Source: Acidobacteriota bacterium (GTDB taxonomy: Bacteria; Acidobacteriota; UBA6911; RPQK01; JAJDTT01). Taken from it: a DNA stretch of 64,000 nt. The notes under the pieces were generated by a model that worked only from the letters and a program-made list of their open reading frames with translations, searched no databases and was not told the origin of the DNA. Both the position numbers and the translations under genes were made by a program. Where the stretch lies: positions 1,056,001 to 1,120,000 of the forward strand of contig CBDCJH010000002.1 in the NCBI GenBank assembly GCA_965217775.1. The letters run 5' to 3'. Shown in pieces: positions 9,541-19,517 of this stretch; position 1 is the stretch's first letter; each line of letters begins with the position of its first letter.

Positions 9541-9569
9541 ATAATGACTCGGCGCGTTAAGGTTGTCAA
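9541..9569 (-). promoter_or_regulatory. Sigma70 promoter of higBA, probably leaderless transcript
   Basis: TTGACA (9569-9564), 17 bp spacer, CATTAT (9546-9541), ending 7 nt before the start codon. Confidence 0.65.
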
Positions 9570-9823
9570 GCGTTATGGTTCTCCCGCGCCGTCGAGGCGT
9601 GCCACCCTCCCCTGACCCAAATTGGCCCAGGTTTTTCCAACTCTTCAAGCGGTATCCGGCGTCCCGAAAGGTCTGCCCAATCCCAGCCTCCGAGAGTCAA
9701 TTCGGGGAGGACTGAGGCTGGAACCCTCTCCGTAGCCCGTTCCCGCATTCGGCCAGACGGGACTCTCTTGCATCACTAAATACTATCGAAGGTTCAACCT
9801 TCCGCCCGGAGGAACAGATCGCG

Positions 9824-11236
9824 ATGTCAGTCCACTTGCCAAGAAACCCGCACCTTCTGATGAACTACTGGCTCAGTCTGGCGAGGCTGAAACTTCCAAG
9901 AAAACGTTTTCGTCTCCTGTTCAGCTATTTTCAGCGGGAACCGACTTATTCGCTGGCGCTTGCCTCCCTGTCCGCGTACGCGAAGAATTTATTTCCGGAT
10001 GTTGAGGTGTCCCTGGTTTCCGTCCTCCAAAATGACGATGTCCAGGAATATGTGCGGCGTGTGGCGAAGCACAAGCCCGATCTCATCGCGGTCTCGGCCA
10101 TGCATCCGACCTGGTCGCCCATGCTTCCCTATTTGGAGGCTCTCAAGGGAGCGCGGCCGGCGACACCCGTCGTCGTCGGAGGATATCAGGCAATTTTCAG
10201 TCCTCAGGAGACCATCGGCCATCCGGCCGTCAACTACATCTGTGCGGGAGATGGCGAAATACCTCTGGCACAACTGATTCGACGTTTGAAAGATGGTGAG
10301 ACCCAGGAGGCCATTCCAGGGTTGTGGGAAAAGCGAGGCAGTGGAGAAATCGTCAAGAGCTCCCCAAGTCTGACCCCGAACTTGGACGAGATCCCCTTTC
10401 CCGACTACACGATCTTCGAGAAAGACGGGGAAATCTCCTGGCTCAGTTCTCATGCCATCGAGTCCGAGCGGCTGATCACGATGCCGGTCATGTCGGGCCG
10501 GGGGTGTCCCTACCGCTGCAGCTATTGTTGCAATACTCCATTGCTGGAAATGTATCGAGGACAGGGTAACTATTTACGAAAGTACAACCAGGAAAAGCTG
10601 ATCGAGGAATTAATTCGTTTGCGCGACCGTTACGGCATCCAATACTTCCAGTTTATGGATGAGACCTTTCTTTTCGACAAGCGATCCGCCCGGCGCCTTC
10701 TTGGGCTTTATCGGGAGCAGATCGGTCTTCCTTTCTCCATGTTCACCCGGGTGGAGCAGATGGACGAAGATTTTTGCCGCTACGCGGCAGCTGCCGGTTG
10801 TCACTCGATGTGGTTCGGTGTTGAAAGTGGGTCGGAGGCCTATCGCCGCCGCTACCTGGCTCGGAGAATGTCGAACCGGAAGATTCTGGATGCCGCCGAG
10901 ATGGCAAGAAGGCAGGGTATCAGGCGGATGGTCTTTTGCATGGTGGGGATGCCGTTCGAAAGCCGTGAGAATATTCTCGAAACCCTTGAGTTGACGAAAC
11001 TCATTGGGCCGGAACGAGCCATTTTCAGCCAGTATCTCCCTTTACCTGGAACGCCCTTGTACAAGGTCGCCGAACAAGCCGATCTTCTGCTGGACTCGAC
11101 CCGGAAGCAACAGATGTGGAGCATAGGCACGCTCAATATCAAGGAACAAGCCGGATCGGTCTCGGCACCGGAGTTCAAGGAGTTGGTGGACGAAATCTTG
11201 ACCTACGTCTGGGAAGGCAATCGGATTGACGATTGA
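9824..11236 (+). CDS. B12-binding radical SAM protein (class B methyltransferase-like)
   Basis: N-terminal B12-binding region (PDLIAVS, VVVGG, GDGE); GRGCPYRCSYC; FGVESGS. Confidence 0.9.
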   Translation: MSVHLPRNPHLLMNYWLSLARLKLPRKRFRLLFSYFQREPTYSLALASLSAYAKNLFPDVEVSLVSVLQNDDVQEYVRRVAKHKPDLIAVSAMHPTWSPMLPYLEALKGARPATPVVVGGYQAIFSPQETIGHPAVNYICAGDGEIPLAQLIRRLKDGETQEAIPGLWEKRGSGEIVKSSPSLTPNLDEIPFPDYTIFEKDGEISWLSSHAIESERLITMPVMSGRGCPYRCSYCCNTPLLEMYRGQGNYLRKYNQEKLIEELIRLRDRYGIQYFQFMDETFLFDKRSARRLLGLYREQIGLPFSMFTRVEQMDEDFCRYAAAAGCHSMWFGVESGSEAYRRRYLARRMSNRKILDAAEMARRQGIRRMVFCMVGMPFESRENILETLELTKLIGPERAIFSQYLPLPGTPLYKVAEQADLLLDSTRKQQMWSIGTLNIKEQAGSVSAPEFKELVDEILTYVWEGNRIDD

Positions 11237-11379
11237 CGATTGAGATGTCGGAAGCGGGTGTTGGATTCCGGCTTCAATGGAAATCCCGAGCCTTGCTTGA
11301 CTGCTGATTCCTGATCGACGGCAGGTTTGTAGAAGATCCGTAGTCCGGTCACCATGACCGCATGTCCGGCACCGGTTGA

Positions 11380-12603
11380 ATGCGCTTCGATATCGATAAA
11401 CCACGGGACCGGCTGATCAGCGGGCGCATTCAGGCGTTGAGTGGATGGATTGAGGCCGACGGTCCTGATTTCACTCTGGTCGCCGTGTGTGGACGCCGCG
11501 AAATCCGGCTCCGAGAGTGTGCTCATCCGGTACGCCATCTGATTCCCGGAGCCCGCGGCTTCTGGGGGTACCTCGTCCTGCAAGAGTTCCTGGGGTCCAT
11601 ACGACGAGAATTCCTTCATGTCGACCTGATCTGGAAGGGCTCGCGTCTCACGACTCTGCATTTCCGGGTCTTCCCCGTGGCCAAAGAGCTGGCGCGTCGT
11701 TATCCCCTCGATTTGAAGAACTATCCAGTGGGAAGTCGGCATCCGGTGTTCGAGCCTTCGAAACCTGCCCGCGCTCTCGTCTTCCCAGGTCTTGCCCAGG
11801 TCGGAGGGTCGTCACTGAACCAACTGATGCGTTGGAAGATGTATCAGGAGGACTGGTGCTTTCCGGTATACGAGGATGGCAACGATGCGGAAACCTGGAC
11901 CCAATTCCGTGCACTCGAAATCCCCTCGGTCCGCTGGATCGACGGCCACGATTGCTATGGTGCCGCCGACAGTTTGAGCCAGCCGTTTGCTCGAATCACT
12001 CTATTACGCGAACCAATACAACGCTATGTGTCTCTTTTCAACTACGCATCGCTCGTGCATCCACAAGAGTTTGGCTACGCCACCTTCGAAGAGTCCATAT
12101 ACTCAGGTAAAGCCAGACAATATTCTCAATCCTACAGATTGCTGCAATGCGCCGGACGCGACGTATCACCGTCGATTCCTGACGATGAACTCTACACCAG
12201 GGCCAAACAGGAACTTGAGGCTTCCTATGCCTTTGTCGGCATTACCGAGTTATATGAAGAGAGCATCTTCCTGATATGCGAACTTGCCGGTATCGAGTCC
12301 ATCGGCATGTGGTGGAGGATTCTGTCTTCTCCCAAAAGCATCCGGCTTTGGAGCCTTTCCCTTCGGGCCCGGAACCGGCTGCGACGGCTCTTGGCCGTTG
12401 ATCTTCGCCTCTATAGAGAAAAGAGGCAGGATCTGCTCAATCTTCTACGTCGATCAGATTTTGGCACCGCCCTGAAGTCGTATCGAAAGGCTGCGCTCGA
12501 ACAGCCGGAACTGCCCGATGTCTTCAAGGCCGTCGAGTGTCTGCGATGGAGGCAGACGATTGCGGAAGAGCGGCTTGCACGCTTCGAACGGGATAAACGA
12601 TGA
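11380..12603 (+). CDS. Sulfotransferase-fold protein (Sulfotransfer_2-like) with atypical 5'-PSB loop
   Basis: ITLLREPIQRYVSLFNY (3'-PB), FVGITELYEES, DLRLY; 5' loop FPGLAQVGGSSL. Confidence 0.7.
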   Translation: MRFDIDKPRDRLISGRIQALSGWIEADGPDFTLVAVCGRREIRLRECAHPVRHLIPGARGFWGYLVLQEFLGSIRREFLHVDLIWKGSRLTTLHFRVFPVAKELARRYPLDLKNYPVGSRHPVFEPSKPARALVFPGLAQVGGSSLNQLMRWKMYQEDWCFPVYEDGNDAETWTQFRALEIPSVRWIDGHDCYGAADSLSQPFARITLLREPIQRYVSLFNYASLVHPQEFGYATFEESIYSGKARQYSQSYRLLQCAGRDVSPSIPDDELYTRAKQELEASYAFVGITELYEESIFLICELAGIESIGMWWRILSSPKSIRLWSLSLRARNRLRRLLAVDLRLYREKRQDLLNLLRRSDFGTALKSYRKAALEQPELPDVFKAVECLRWRQTIAEERLARFERDKR

Positions 12604-15044
12604 CTGAGACACTCATGGGTCATACCGGTGCTCCGGCGGACCAATCCATTCATCGATCGGCGGCTGGAGGCTTCCTGACCAAGGCGGAGGCGTTGGAGTT
12701 TGTGCACGGAAATCTGAAATATGCGCAGATTCCGCCGTTTCTATATTTTTCCGTTGGCGAGTGGCGATGGCGCAACGAAAACGTTTTGCGCAAGGTCGCA
12801 GCCTTTCTGTCCGAACGTCCGCTCGCCGTACGAAGTTCCGCCCGGTGCGAGAACCTGAGCGGTGCCTCTCTGGCGGGGCATTTCCGGTCCTGTTTGAACG
12901 TGGAAAACGATCGGAGGCCGGTCCGGGAAGCTGTCGAGCGGGTGATCGCTTCCATGGGCGGCCACCGGGACGATCAGGTTCTGATTCAAGAGATGGTGGT
13001 CGGCGTTTCTCTCAGCGGGGTCATTTCCACGCGAGACTCGGATACCGGTGCTCCCTACTACCGAATCGAATATGACGAGTCGTCCGCGACGGATCTCGTG
13101 ACCAGAGGGGCGGAGGGACACCAGACCATTCTCTTCCATCGGCAGTCACCGCGAGAACTGATCGGACCGGATTGGGTCTGCCGGGTTCTGGATGCCTCCT
13201 CGGAGCTGGAGCGGTGCTGGGGCCGGACTCCACTGCATATCGAGTTTGCACGGACTCATGACGGGAAAATCCAGATTCTTCAGGTGCGGCCGATATCGAG
13301 CCGGGAGCAACGGGGACGGGGGCATGAGGCGCGAACGATTGCAGCCCTGCGGAAGCTTGAGATCTCCTTGGTCGAACATTCTCGTCGCCGGCACGGCGTC
13401 GCCGGATCAACCACGATTCTCGGGCAGATGCCGGACTGGAACCCGGGAGAACTGATCGGAAGTACGCCTCGACCGCTCGCCGTGTCACTGTTTCGCAAAC
13501 TGATCACGGATAGGGTGTGGCAGGAAGCTCGTTCCACCATGGGTTACCGTCCCGTCCCGGACACGCCGCTGATGGTCGTGCTCGCCGGGAGACCTTACGT
13601 GGATGTCCGGGCGAGCTTCAATTCGTTTCTCCCCGCGGGACTGCGCCGTCTCGACGAAGGTGCGGTTGTAAATGCTTGGCTTGGCCGATTACGTCAATAT
13701 CCGGAATACCACGATAAAATTGAGTTTCAGGTCGCCCAGACAGTATTGGACTTTTCGTTCGGGCAAGACTATCGGCGGCGATATGCAGGCACGCTGTCTC
13801 GCAAGTCGTTCTTGGACTATGCCGAGCGAGTGCGTTGCCTGACGAATCGCAACGTTTCCCTTGGCCCTTCCGCGTCGTTGGCTGAGGCGCTCCGCAAGTT
13901 ACGGAAGTTGGAACAGGCTCAGAGTTGCCGAGAATCTGCGATTCGGCCGTCTCTCTCCTTTGCGTTTCGATTGTTGCGGGAGTGTCGTCTGCTCGGCACG
14001 CTCCCGTTCGCCATTGTCGCGCGCCACGCCTTTATCGCGGAATCGATACTCCGGTCCGCAATGCGGAGGTCCGCGTTGAGCCGGGAACGATTGGATCAGT
14101 TCCGGCGTTCGTGGAGTACCGTGGGTCGGAATGTGGGGCGTGACTTGGCCAGAGTCATGCACGGCGAGGTCGACGCGGTTTCGTTCCTTGGAAAATACGG
14201 ACATCTGAGACCGGGCTCTTTCGACATCCTCTCTCCCCGCTACGACCAACGGCCGGACCTGTTTGCGGGCAATTCCGTCCACCCATCGACATTCGAGTCC
14301 GAAGGGGACTGTTTTGTTTGGACTCCAAAAGAAATCGTCCACATCGAACGCCTTATCAGGGAAGCAAGGCTGACCTTCAGCGCTGAAGAACTGTTCCGCT
14401 ACTCAGCGACGGCCGTCACGGCTCGAGAACATGCGAAATTCGTTTTCAGCCGGCATCTATCGGACGCTTTGGAATCCATCGCCGGTTGGGGAAAGGGGGT
14501 CGGCCTCAGTCGCGAACAGCTCTCGTACTTGACGGTTGAGGATCTGAAATCCGCACTCCGCTCTCCCCTTGGCGATGGCGGAGTCGCGTTGGCGGCCGTG
14601 GCAGAGTCCGGACGGTCGGCAACACGAAGCCGGCGAGGTCTCCGCCTGGGCTGCCTGATCCGCAACCGCAGAGATATCTACCTTCCGCTACAGCATGCAT
14701 GGCCCAACTTCATCAGCTCTCGCCGCGCCGAGGGTAGACCGGTGTTTCTGCATAACCGGGAGTCGGTTGCGTTGGATCTGAGCGGGAAAATAGTCTGCAT
14801 CGAGAGCGCGGACCCAGGCTTCGATTGGATATTCTCTATGGGGATCGCAGGCTTGATCACCAAGTTCGGCGGCTCCAATTCCCATATGGCGATCCGCTGC
14901 GCAGAGATGGGAATACCGGCTGCCGTCGGAATCGGTGAAACCCGCTTTGAACTCCTTCGAAAGTCGAAATCCGTCGAATTGAGCTGTGGTGACAGAGCGA
15001 TTCGGGCCATTCCTGGCCCACAGCCCGAACCCATGACCTGGTAA
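12600..15044 (+). CDS. PEP-utilising enzyme, L-glutamine kinase (Cj1418-like)
   Basis: AVRSSA..E, QMPDWNPGELIG, PYVDVRASFNSFLP, ADPGFDWIF, GGSNSHMAIRCAE (phospho-His domain). Confidence 0.9.
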   Translation: MTETLMGHTGAPADQSIHRSAAGGFLTKAEALEFVHGNLKYAQIPPFLYFSVGEWRWRNENVLRKVAAFLSERPLAVRSSARCENLSGASLAGHFRSCLNVENDRRPVREAVERVIASMGGHRDDQVLIQEMVVGVSLSGVISTRDSDTGAPYYRIEYDESSATDLVTRGAEGHQTILFHRQSPRELIGPDWVCRVLDASSELERCWGRTPLHIEFARTHDGKIQILQVRPISSREQRGRGHEARTIAALRKLEISLVEHSRRRHGVAGSTTILGQMPDWNPGELIGSTPRPLAVSLFRKLITDRVWQEARSTMGYRPVPDTPLMVVLAGRPYVDVRASFNSFLPAGLRRLDEGAVVNAWLGRLRQYPEYHDKIEFQVAQTVLDFSFGQDYRRRYAGTLSRKSFLDYAERVRCLTNRNVSLGPSASLAEALRKLRKLEQAQSCRESAIRPSLSFAFRLLRECRLLGTLPFAIVARHAFIAESILRSAMRRSALSRERLDQFRRSWSTVGRNVGRDLARVMHGEVDAVSFLGKYGHLRPGSFDILSPRYDQRPDLFAGNSVHPSTFESEGDCFVWTPKEIVHIERLIREARLTFSAEELFRYSATAVTAREHAKFVFSRHLSDALESIAGWGKGVGLSREQLSYLTVEDLKSALRSPLGDGGVALAAVAESGRSATRSRRGLRLGCLIRNRRDIYLPLQHAWPNFISSRRAEGRPVFLHNRESVALDLSGKIVCIESADPGFDWIFSMGIAGLITKFGGSNSHMAIRCAEMGIPAAVGIGETRFELLRKSKSVELSCGDRAIRAIPGPQPEPMTW

Positions 15045-15103
15045 TCCGAAAACTCGAGGAGAGAATGAGAATCTGACGGCTCGAATTCTGGTGAGGAAAA
15101 CAT

Positions 15104-15748
15104 TTGAGCGGCACATGGCGACTGGGTTTGACGATGCGAGTGCAAGGATGTGACGACTCGCATGAACTTCGGGACGTGTTGGCCCATGACTGGCCGGTGC
15201 TCATCCGCGCCAGTCTGGGCGACGTGCCCTGGCTGGCGATACCGAATCTCGAGGAATCGGTAAAGGACTACCTGCAACGATGGCGGATCGGCGCCGTGAT
15301 TCTCACGGGCGGTGAAGACATCGGGACTTCCCCTTTGCGCGATGAGACCGAACGCCATGTTCTGGACTACTGCACCGAGAGGAGAATGCCGGTATTGGGA
15401 GTGTGCCGCGGGCATCAAATGATTCAGGTGTACTGCGGAGGCAGTCTGCAGAACGTGCCAACGGCGCGGCATGTCGGGACCAATCACTCGGTATTCGTTT
15501 GTCATGACAGGAGTCGTGCCGTATGGGGAAGCGGTCCGTTGAAGGTGAACTCCTACCATCGCCAGGGTGTGTCCCTGGAACGTCTCGGCCGGGGCCTGCA
15601 TCCGTGGTTGGTCTCCTCCGATGGTCTGGTCGAAGGGTTTTTCCATTCCGAAATGAATCTATTGGGCGTTCAATGGCATCCGGAACGGCGTCTTCCGGAC
15701 CCCGGTATGGCCAATAGACTCATGCGTTTCCGTTTCACTCGAAAATAG
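15104..15748 (+). CDS. Class I glutamine amidotransferase / gamma-glutamyl-CDP-amidate hydrolase (Cj1417-like)
   Basis: ILTGGED, GVCRGHQ, VNSYH, GVQWHPER. Confidence 0.85.
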   Translation: MSGTWRLGLTMRVQGCDDSHELRDVLAHDWPVLIRASLGDVPWLAIPNLEESVKDYLQRWRIGAVILTGGEDIGTSPLRDETERHVLDYCTERRMPVLGVCRGHQMIQVYCGGSLQNVPTARHVGTNHSVFVCHDRSRAVWGSGPLKVNSYHRQGVSLERLGRGLHPWLVSSDGLVEGFFHSEMNLLGVQWHPERRLPDPGMANRLMRFRFTRK

Positions 15749-15793
15749 GGCTGATCGCTGAGTGGGATCGACGGGTTCTCCAGGCCGAAAAGA

Positions 15794-16606
15794 ATGCCTC
15801 CAATGGACAAAGACGTTCGGAGTATGAAGCCAGGCCGGAATCGTGCGGGAAGTGTGAGGGCTCTGGTCTTGGCAGCGGGACGCGGCACTCGATTGAATCA
15901 TCTGACCCGCGATCGACCGAAGTCCCTGGTCACACTGGAGGGCAAGACCCTGTTGGAATGGCAGATCGCGTCCTTGAGGGCGGCGGGTGTCTCCGATATT
16001 ACGGTAGTTCGTGGATATCGGGGGGAGATGATCGATCTTCCCGGACTTGCGTACCTGGAGAACGCCGATTGGGCACGAACCAACATGGTCCATTCGTTGA
16101 GATGTGCCGATGAGTGGTTGAAGGCGTCGGTCTGCATCGTCTCCTACGGAGATATTGTCTACCACCCAAGCTTGGTTTCCGCCCTGGTCGATACGCCCGG
16201 AGAGATCGTCGTCGCCTATGACGTTCTATGGGAAAGGCTTTGGCAAGAGCGCTTCGAGGATCCGGCAGTCGACGTGGAGAGCTTTCGAATCGAGGATGGA
16301 TGGATCGTGGAGATCGGGGAAAGCGTCAGTTCATTGGAATCGGTCGAAGGCCAATACCTGGGACTGTTCAAGTTGGCGCCCGAGGGTTGGCGCAAGATAC
16401 GTGGGTTTTTGAGCCTGACGGAGGACGCGACGGCTCGAAGTCTTGACGTGACCGCCTTGCTCAGCCGTCTGATTGGGGAAGGGATCAAAGTCAAGGGAAT
16501 CCCGATCCGAGGCCGCTGGTGCGAGCTCGACCACGTCACGGACCTACGGATATATGAGCGAATGATCCAATCAGACACGCAGTGGAGCCACGATTGGCGG
16601 CTCTGA
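15794..16606 (+). CDS. NTP transferase, phosphoglutamine cytidylyltransferase (Cj1416-like)
   Basis: LAAGRGTRL..LT.DRPK, TNMVHSL, SYGDIVY, WCELDH. Confidence 0.85.
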   Translation: MPPMDKDVRSMKPGRNRAGSVRALVLAAGRGTRLNHLTRDRPKSLVTLEGKTLLEWQIASLRAAGVSDITVVRGYRGEMIDLPGLAYLENADWARTNMVHSLRCADEWLKASVCIVSYGDIVYHPSLVSALVDTPGEIVVAYDVLWERLWQERFEDPAVDVESFRIEDGWIVEIGESVSSLESVEGQYLGLFKLAPEGWRKIRGFLSLTEDATARSLDVTALLSRLIGEGIKVKGIPIRGRWCELDHVTDLRIYERMIQSDTQWSHDWRL

Positions 16607-16666
16607 AGCACCGTGGGGCCGTGGGGCGGGACTGACGTCGAGGGGGCTACGCCATGGGGTTCCCCA

Positions 16667-17230
16667 ATGAATGAGATCTGGCCGGACTGGCCTGAGATCG
16701 GGTCCGAGGGCAAGAGGGGATGGGTGTTCTGGGTGACCGGTTTGTCAGGTAGTGGAAAGACCACGATCGGACAGCTTCTTTTCCGGCGCCTGCGGGAGCG
16801 GGCCGTCAATTCAGCATTTTTGGATGGAGACGTTCTACGCCAGGTTTTCGGCAATGATTTGGGGTACACACTGGAAGAAAGAAGGAAGTGCGCACGGCGC
16901 TACTCACGGATCAGTGCGATGCTTGCCGGCCAGGGTCTGAACGTGGTGATCGCGACGATTTCGATGTTCCACGAATGTAGCGAATGGAATCGGGCGAACC
17001 TTCCCCGATACTTTGAAATCTACCTGCGGGTTCCGCGGGATATCCTGGCTATCCGACGGTCTCCGGATCTGGGCGCCAATCCGGAACGGAGTCAGATGGA
17101 ATCCGTTGTCGGTTGGGATCTGCCCTTCGATGAGCCTCTCAATCCCGATCTGATCATCGACAACGACGGCTCGATGGCTCCGCAGGAAGTTGCGGACTCC
17201 ATTTGGAGTAGGGTCGTAGCGTCGTTATGA
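16667..17230 (+). CDS. APS-kinase-like protein, cytidine diphosphoramidate kinase (Cj1415-like)
   Basis: WVTGLSGSGKTT, FLDGDVLR, ATISMF; context beside Cj1416-18 homologues; start uncertain (16613 or 16667). Confidence 0.8.
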   Translation: MNEIWPDWPEIGSEGKRGWVFWVTGLSGSGKTTIGQLLFRRLRERAVNSAFLDGDVLRQVFGNDLGYTLEERRKCARRYSRISAMLAGQGLNVVIATISMFHECSEWNRANLPRYFEIYLRVPRDILAIRRSPDLGANPERSQMESVVGWDLPFDEPLNPDLIIDNDGSMAPQEVADSIWSRVVASL

Positions 17231-17239
17231 CGTCCATCC

Positions 17240-18043
17240 ATGATGGATACCTGGGATTACACTGCTTTAGCTGCTTCCTACAACAAGCGGGCACCCTATT
17301 CGAAACAGGTCATTGACGAATTTCTGCGGAACTCAGGTGTCAGGAGCGGTGCGAAAGCCTGCGACATCGGGGCCGGAACCGGTAACTTGACGTTGTTCCT
17401 GCTCAAATGGGGACTTCGAGTCGTAGCTGTAGAGCCGAACCCGGCCATGCGCGCGATCGGGATGCCTCGGACGAAGTCTTTTCCCGATATTCGTTGGATA
17501 AATGCCCGTGGCGAGGCAACCGGACTACCGGCGTCGGAATTCGACGTCGTCACCTTCGGCTCGTCGTTCAATGTCCTCGATCGGAACCGAGCTCTCGTGG
17601 AGACCGCTCGCATCCTCAAGCCGAAGGGTTGGTTCGCCTGCGTCTGGAATTACAGAAACCTCGACGACCCGTTGCAGAGGAGGATCGAGGAGGTGATCCA
17701 CGGATTCGTGTCCCGCTACGATTACGGCGTGAGGCGCGAAGATCAGACCGAAGTTATCCAGGCGAGCGGTCTTTTTGACCGGATCGTCAGGATTGACCGG
17801 GGGTTCAAACACCGGACAAAAGCATCGGATTGCATGGATGCCTGGCGAAGTCACGCCACCCTCGCTCGTCAAGCCGGTCCGAAAACGCTCGGTCGGATCC
17901 TCGAGAAGATCGAATGCTTGCTGACGGAACCGGGTGGAAGGGACGTCGAGGTGCCCTACACGACCTCCCTCTGGATGGCAAAAAAGTCCGACGCCTGGAA
18001 TGAATCACCGGGTCCGGCTGCTCAGCGGAACCGTAGCGAGTAG
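17240..18043 (+). CDS. Class I SAM methyltransferase (Cj1419-like)
   Basis: WDYTALA..Y.KRAPYS, DIGAGTG, VEPN, TFGSSFNV, WRSHATL. Confidence 0.85.
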   Translation: MMDTWDYTALAASYNKRAPYSKQVIDEFLRNSGVRSGAKACDIGAGTGNLTLFLLKWGLRVVAVEPNPAMRAIGMPRTKSFPDIRWINARGEATGLPASEFDVVTFGSSFNVLDRNRALVETARILKPKGWFACVWNYRNLDDPLQRRIEEVIHGFVSRYDYGVRREDQTEVIQASGLFDRIVRIDRGFKHRTKASDCMDAWRSHATLARQAGPKTLGRILEKIECLLTEPGGRDVEVPYTTSLWMAKKSDAWNESPGPAAQRNRSE

Positions 18044-19503
18044 AGGTCCGCGTCCTTCATCACGAAACGCAGGCGCACCGGCTTCCCCGAGAATCGCGCC
18101 AGGGGTTTGGACGAGGTGGCCTTGGGATGGTTTCGTTTCCACCGGACCGTGTGCTCGATCTCGTCGCCCCAGATCAACGGGGACTCCTCCAGGGCGAATC
18201 CGGCCAGGGGCCGTCCGCCGGCGTCCTGGATCTCCAACCGGATGCTTCCCGCCGCCGAGGTCGCGAAGTTCAACACCAGGTTCTCACCCGTGAAGGTCAG
18301 AGGCCGGGTGATCAGTTCGCCTCCTTCCGGGCCGGCATGCACCGACATGAATCCGTCGGTCCGGATCACCATCCGCTCCAGGTAGTTGGTGGGAAACGTG
18401 TAGTGGCGTTGGACGAACAGCGAGATCTCGTCTGGCGCGGTCGCCAGTAGGCCCCAGGCGGGCGTGTTGGAGCGATGGGACCAGTTCCGTATCTCGGTCC
18501 CAGGACGAATGAAGGCATCCAGTTGGCGATTCCAGTGGATGGCGTCGCGGCTGGACATGAAGATGGCGTCGGAGCAACCGCCGCCTTGAGCCTGATTGAA
18601 GGGGCCCCGCGTCTTCCAGGGGTGGAAACGCCGGGGAAAGGCCAGATAGATGTGAGGCGCCCTGAAGTAAGGGCGGGTCGCGTTGGTGTAGAGGTGCTCG
18701 GCGGGTGCATCCCCGAACTCTCCCCATTGGCCCGGCGTCCAATTCCTGAAGTCGGTGGAGGTGGCGATCTTGATGGTGCGAACTCCGAGCTTGAAATCCC
18801 GGTAGACGGAGACGTAGCGCTGGTGGGCCGTGTCCCAGAAGGCCAGATTGGGAGAGTCGAAGGCCCCGTCGGTGATGATGGGCTCCTCCCTCATCTCCTT
18901 CCAGTGGATTCCGTCGGGTGAAACGAATGCGTAGAGAGCCCGTCGGTGCGGACCCACGGCCTTGTAGAGTTCGGAAACGGGCGCCTCAGGGTTCGAATCC
19001 TTGAAGGGAAGAAAGGCCGGCGTGCCTTTTCCCATCCAGACGATGTTGTTGTCCCTGGTTCCTTCGTACTCGTATAGCCCCAGCGAGGGCCGGGTCCAGT
19101 GGATCCCGTCCCGGCTCTCGGCGTAGCACGCGGTATGGGGGTGCTCGGGGATCACCTCCTCACCCGGCTCCAGGAGCGACTCCAGGGCGTATCCGGCATG
19201 ACTGCTGCCCCGGTAGTACATTCGGTAGAGATCACCGTCCTGGAAAACGACAGCCGTGCTTCCACTGGTCACTCCCTCCCAGGGCCGGTCGAAGACCAGC
19301 ACCTTTCCGGCGCGCCGAGGGGTGTGGAGCTTGAGTTCCAGACCCTTCAGGGAGTCGATGAGGTAGTTGTCGACAAAAATCTCCAGACGGGAGTCCAACT
19401 CCCGCACCTCTGCGAGAGCCTTCCGGTCGTGCCGGCCGCCTTCGAGGGCGGAAGGAGAGATCATGATCAGGACGAGTAACGGGTTAAGGAATCGGAATCT
19501 CAA
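18022..19503 (-). CDS. Secreted beta-propeller glycoside hydrolase-like protein
   Basis: Signal peptide; repeated Asp-box-like S.DGIHW motifs; MKDADLYSLRF end. Confidence 0.65.
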   Translation of the reverse strand: MRFRFLNPLLVLIMISPSALEGGRHDRKALAEVRELDSRLEIFVDNYLIDSLKGLELKLHTPRRAGKVLVFDRPWEGVTSGSTAVVFQDGDLYRMYYRGSSHAGYALESLLEPGEEVIPEHPHTACYAESRDGIHWTRPSLGLYEYEGTRDNNIVWMGKGTPAFLPFKDSNPEAPVSELYKAVGPHRRALYAFVSPDGIHWKEMREEPIITDGAFDSPNLAFWDTAHQRYVSVYRDFKLGVRTIKIATSTDFRNWTPGQWGEFGDAPAEHLYTNATRPYFRAPHIYLAFPRRFHPWKTRGPFNQAQGGGCSDAIFMSSRDAIHWNRQLDAFIRPGTEIRNWSHRSNTPAWGLLATAPDEISLFVQRHYTFPTNYLERMVIRTDGFMSVHAGPEGGELITRPLTFTGENLVLNFATSAAGSIRLEIQDAGGRPLAGFALEESPLIWGDEIEHTVRWKRNHPKATSSKPLARFSGKPVRLRFVMKDADLYSLRFR

Positions 19504-19517
19504 GGAAGTGTTGCTCC

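Noticed and set aside
9650-9770. Hairpins upstream of the radical SAM gene as a cobalamin riboswitch
   Set aside because: A stem CCAGCCTC/GAGGCTGG exists, but the conserved B12-box elements could not be identified
16613-17230. cysC / sulfate assimilation
   Set aside because: No ATP sulfurylase nearby; context with Cj1416-Cj1418 homologues favours a CDP-amidate kinase
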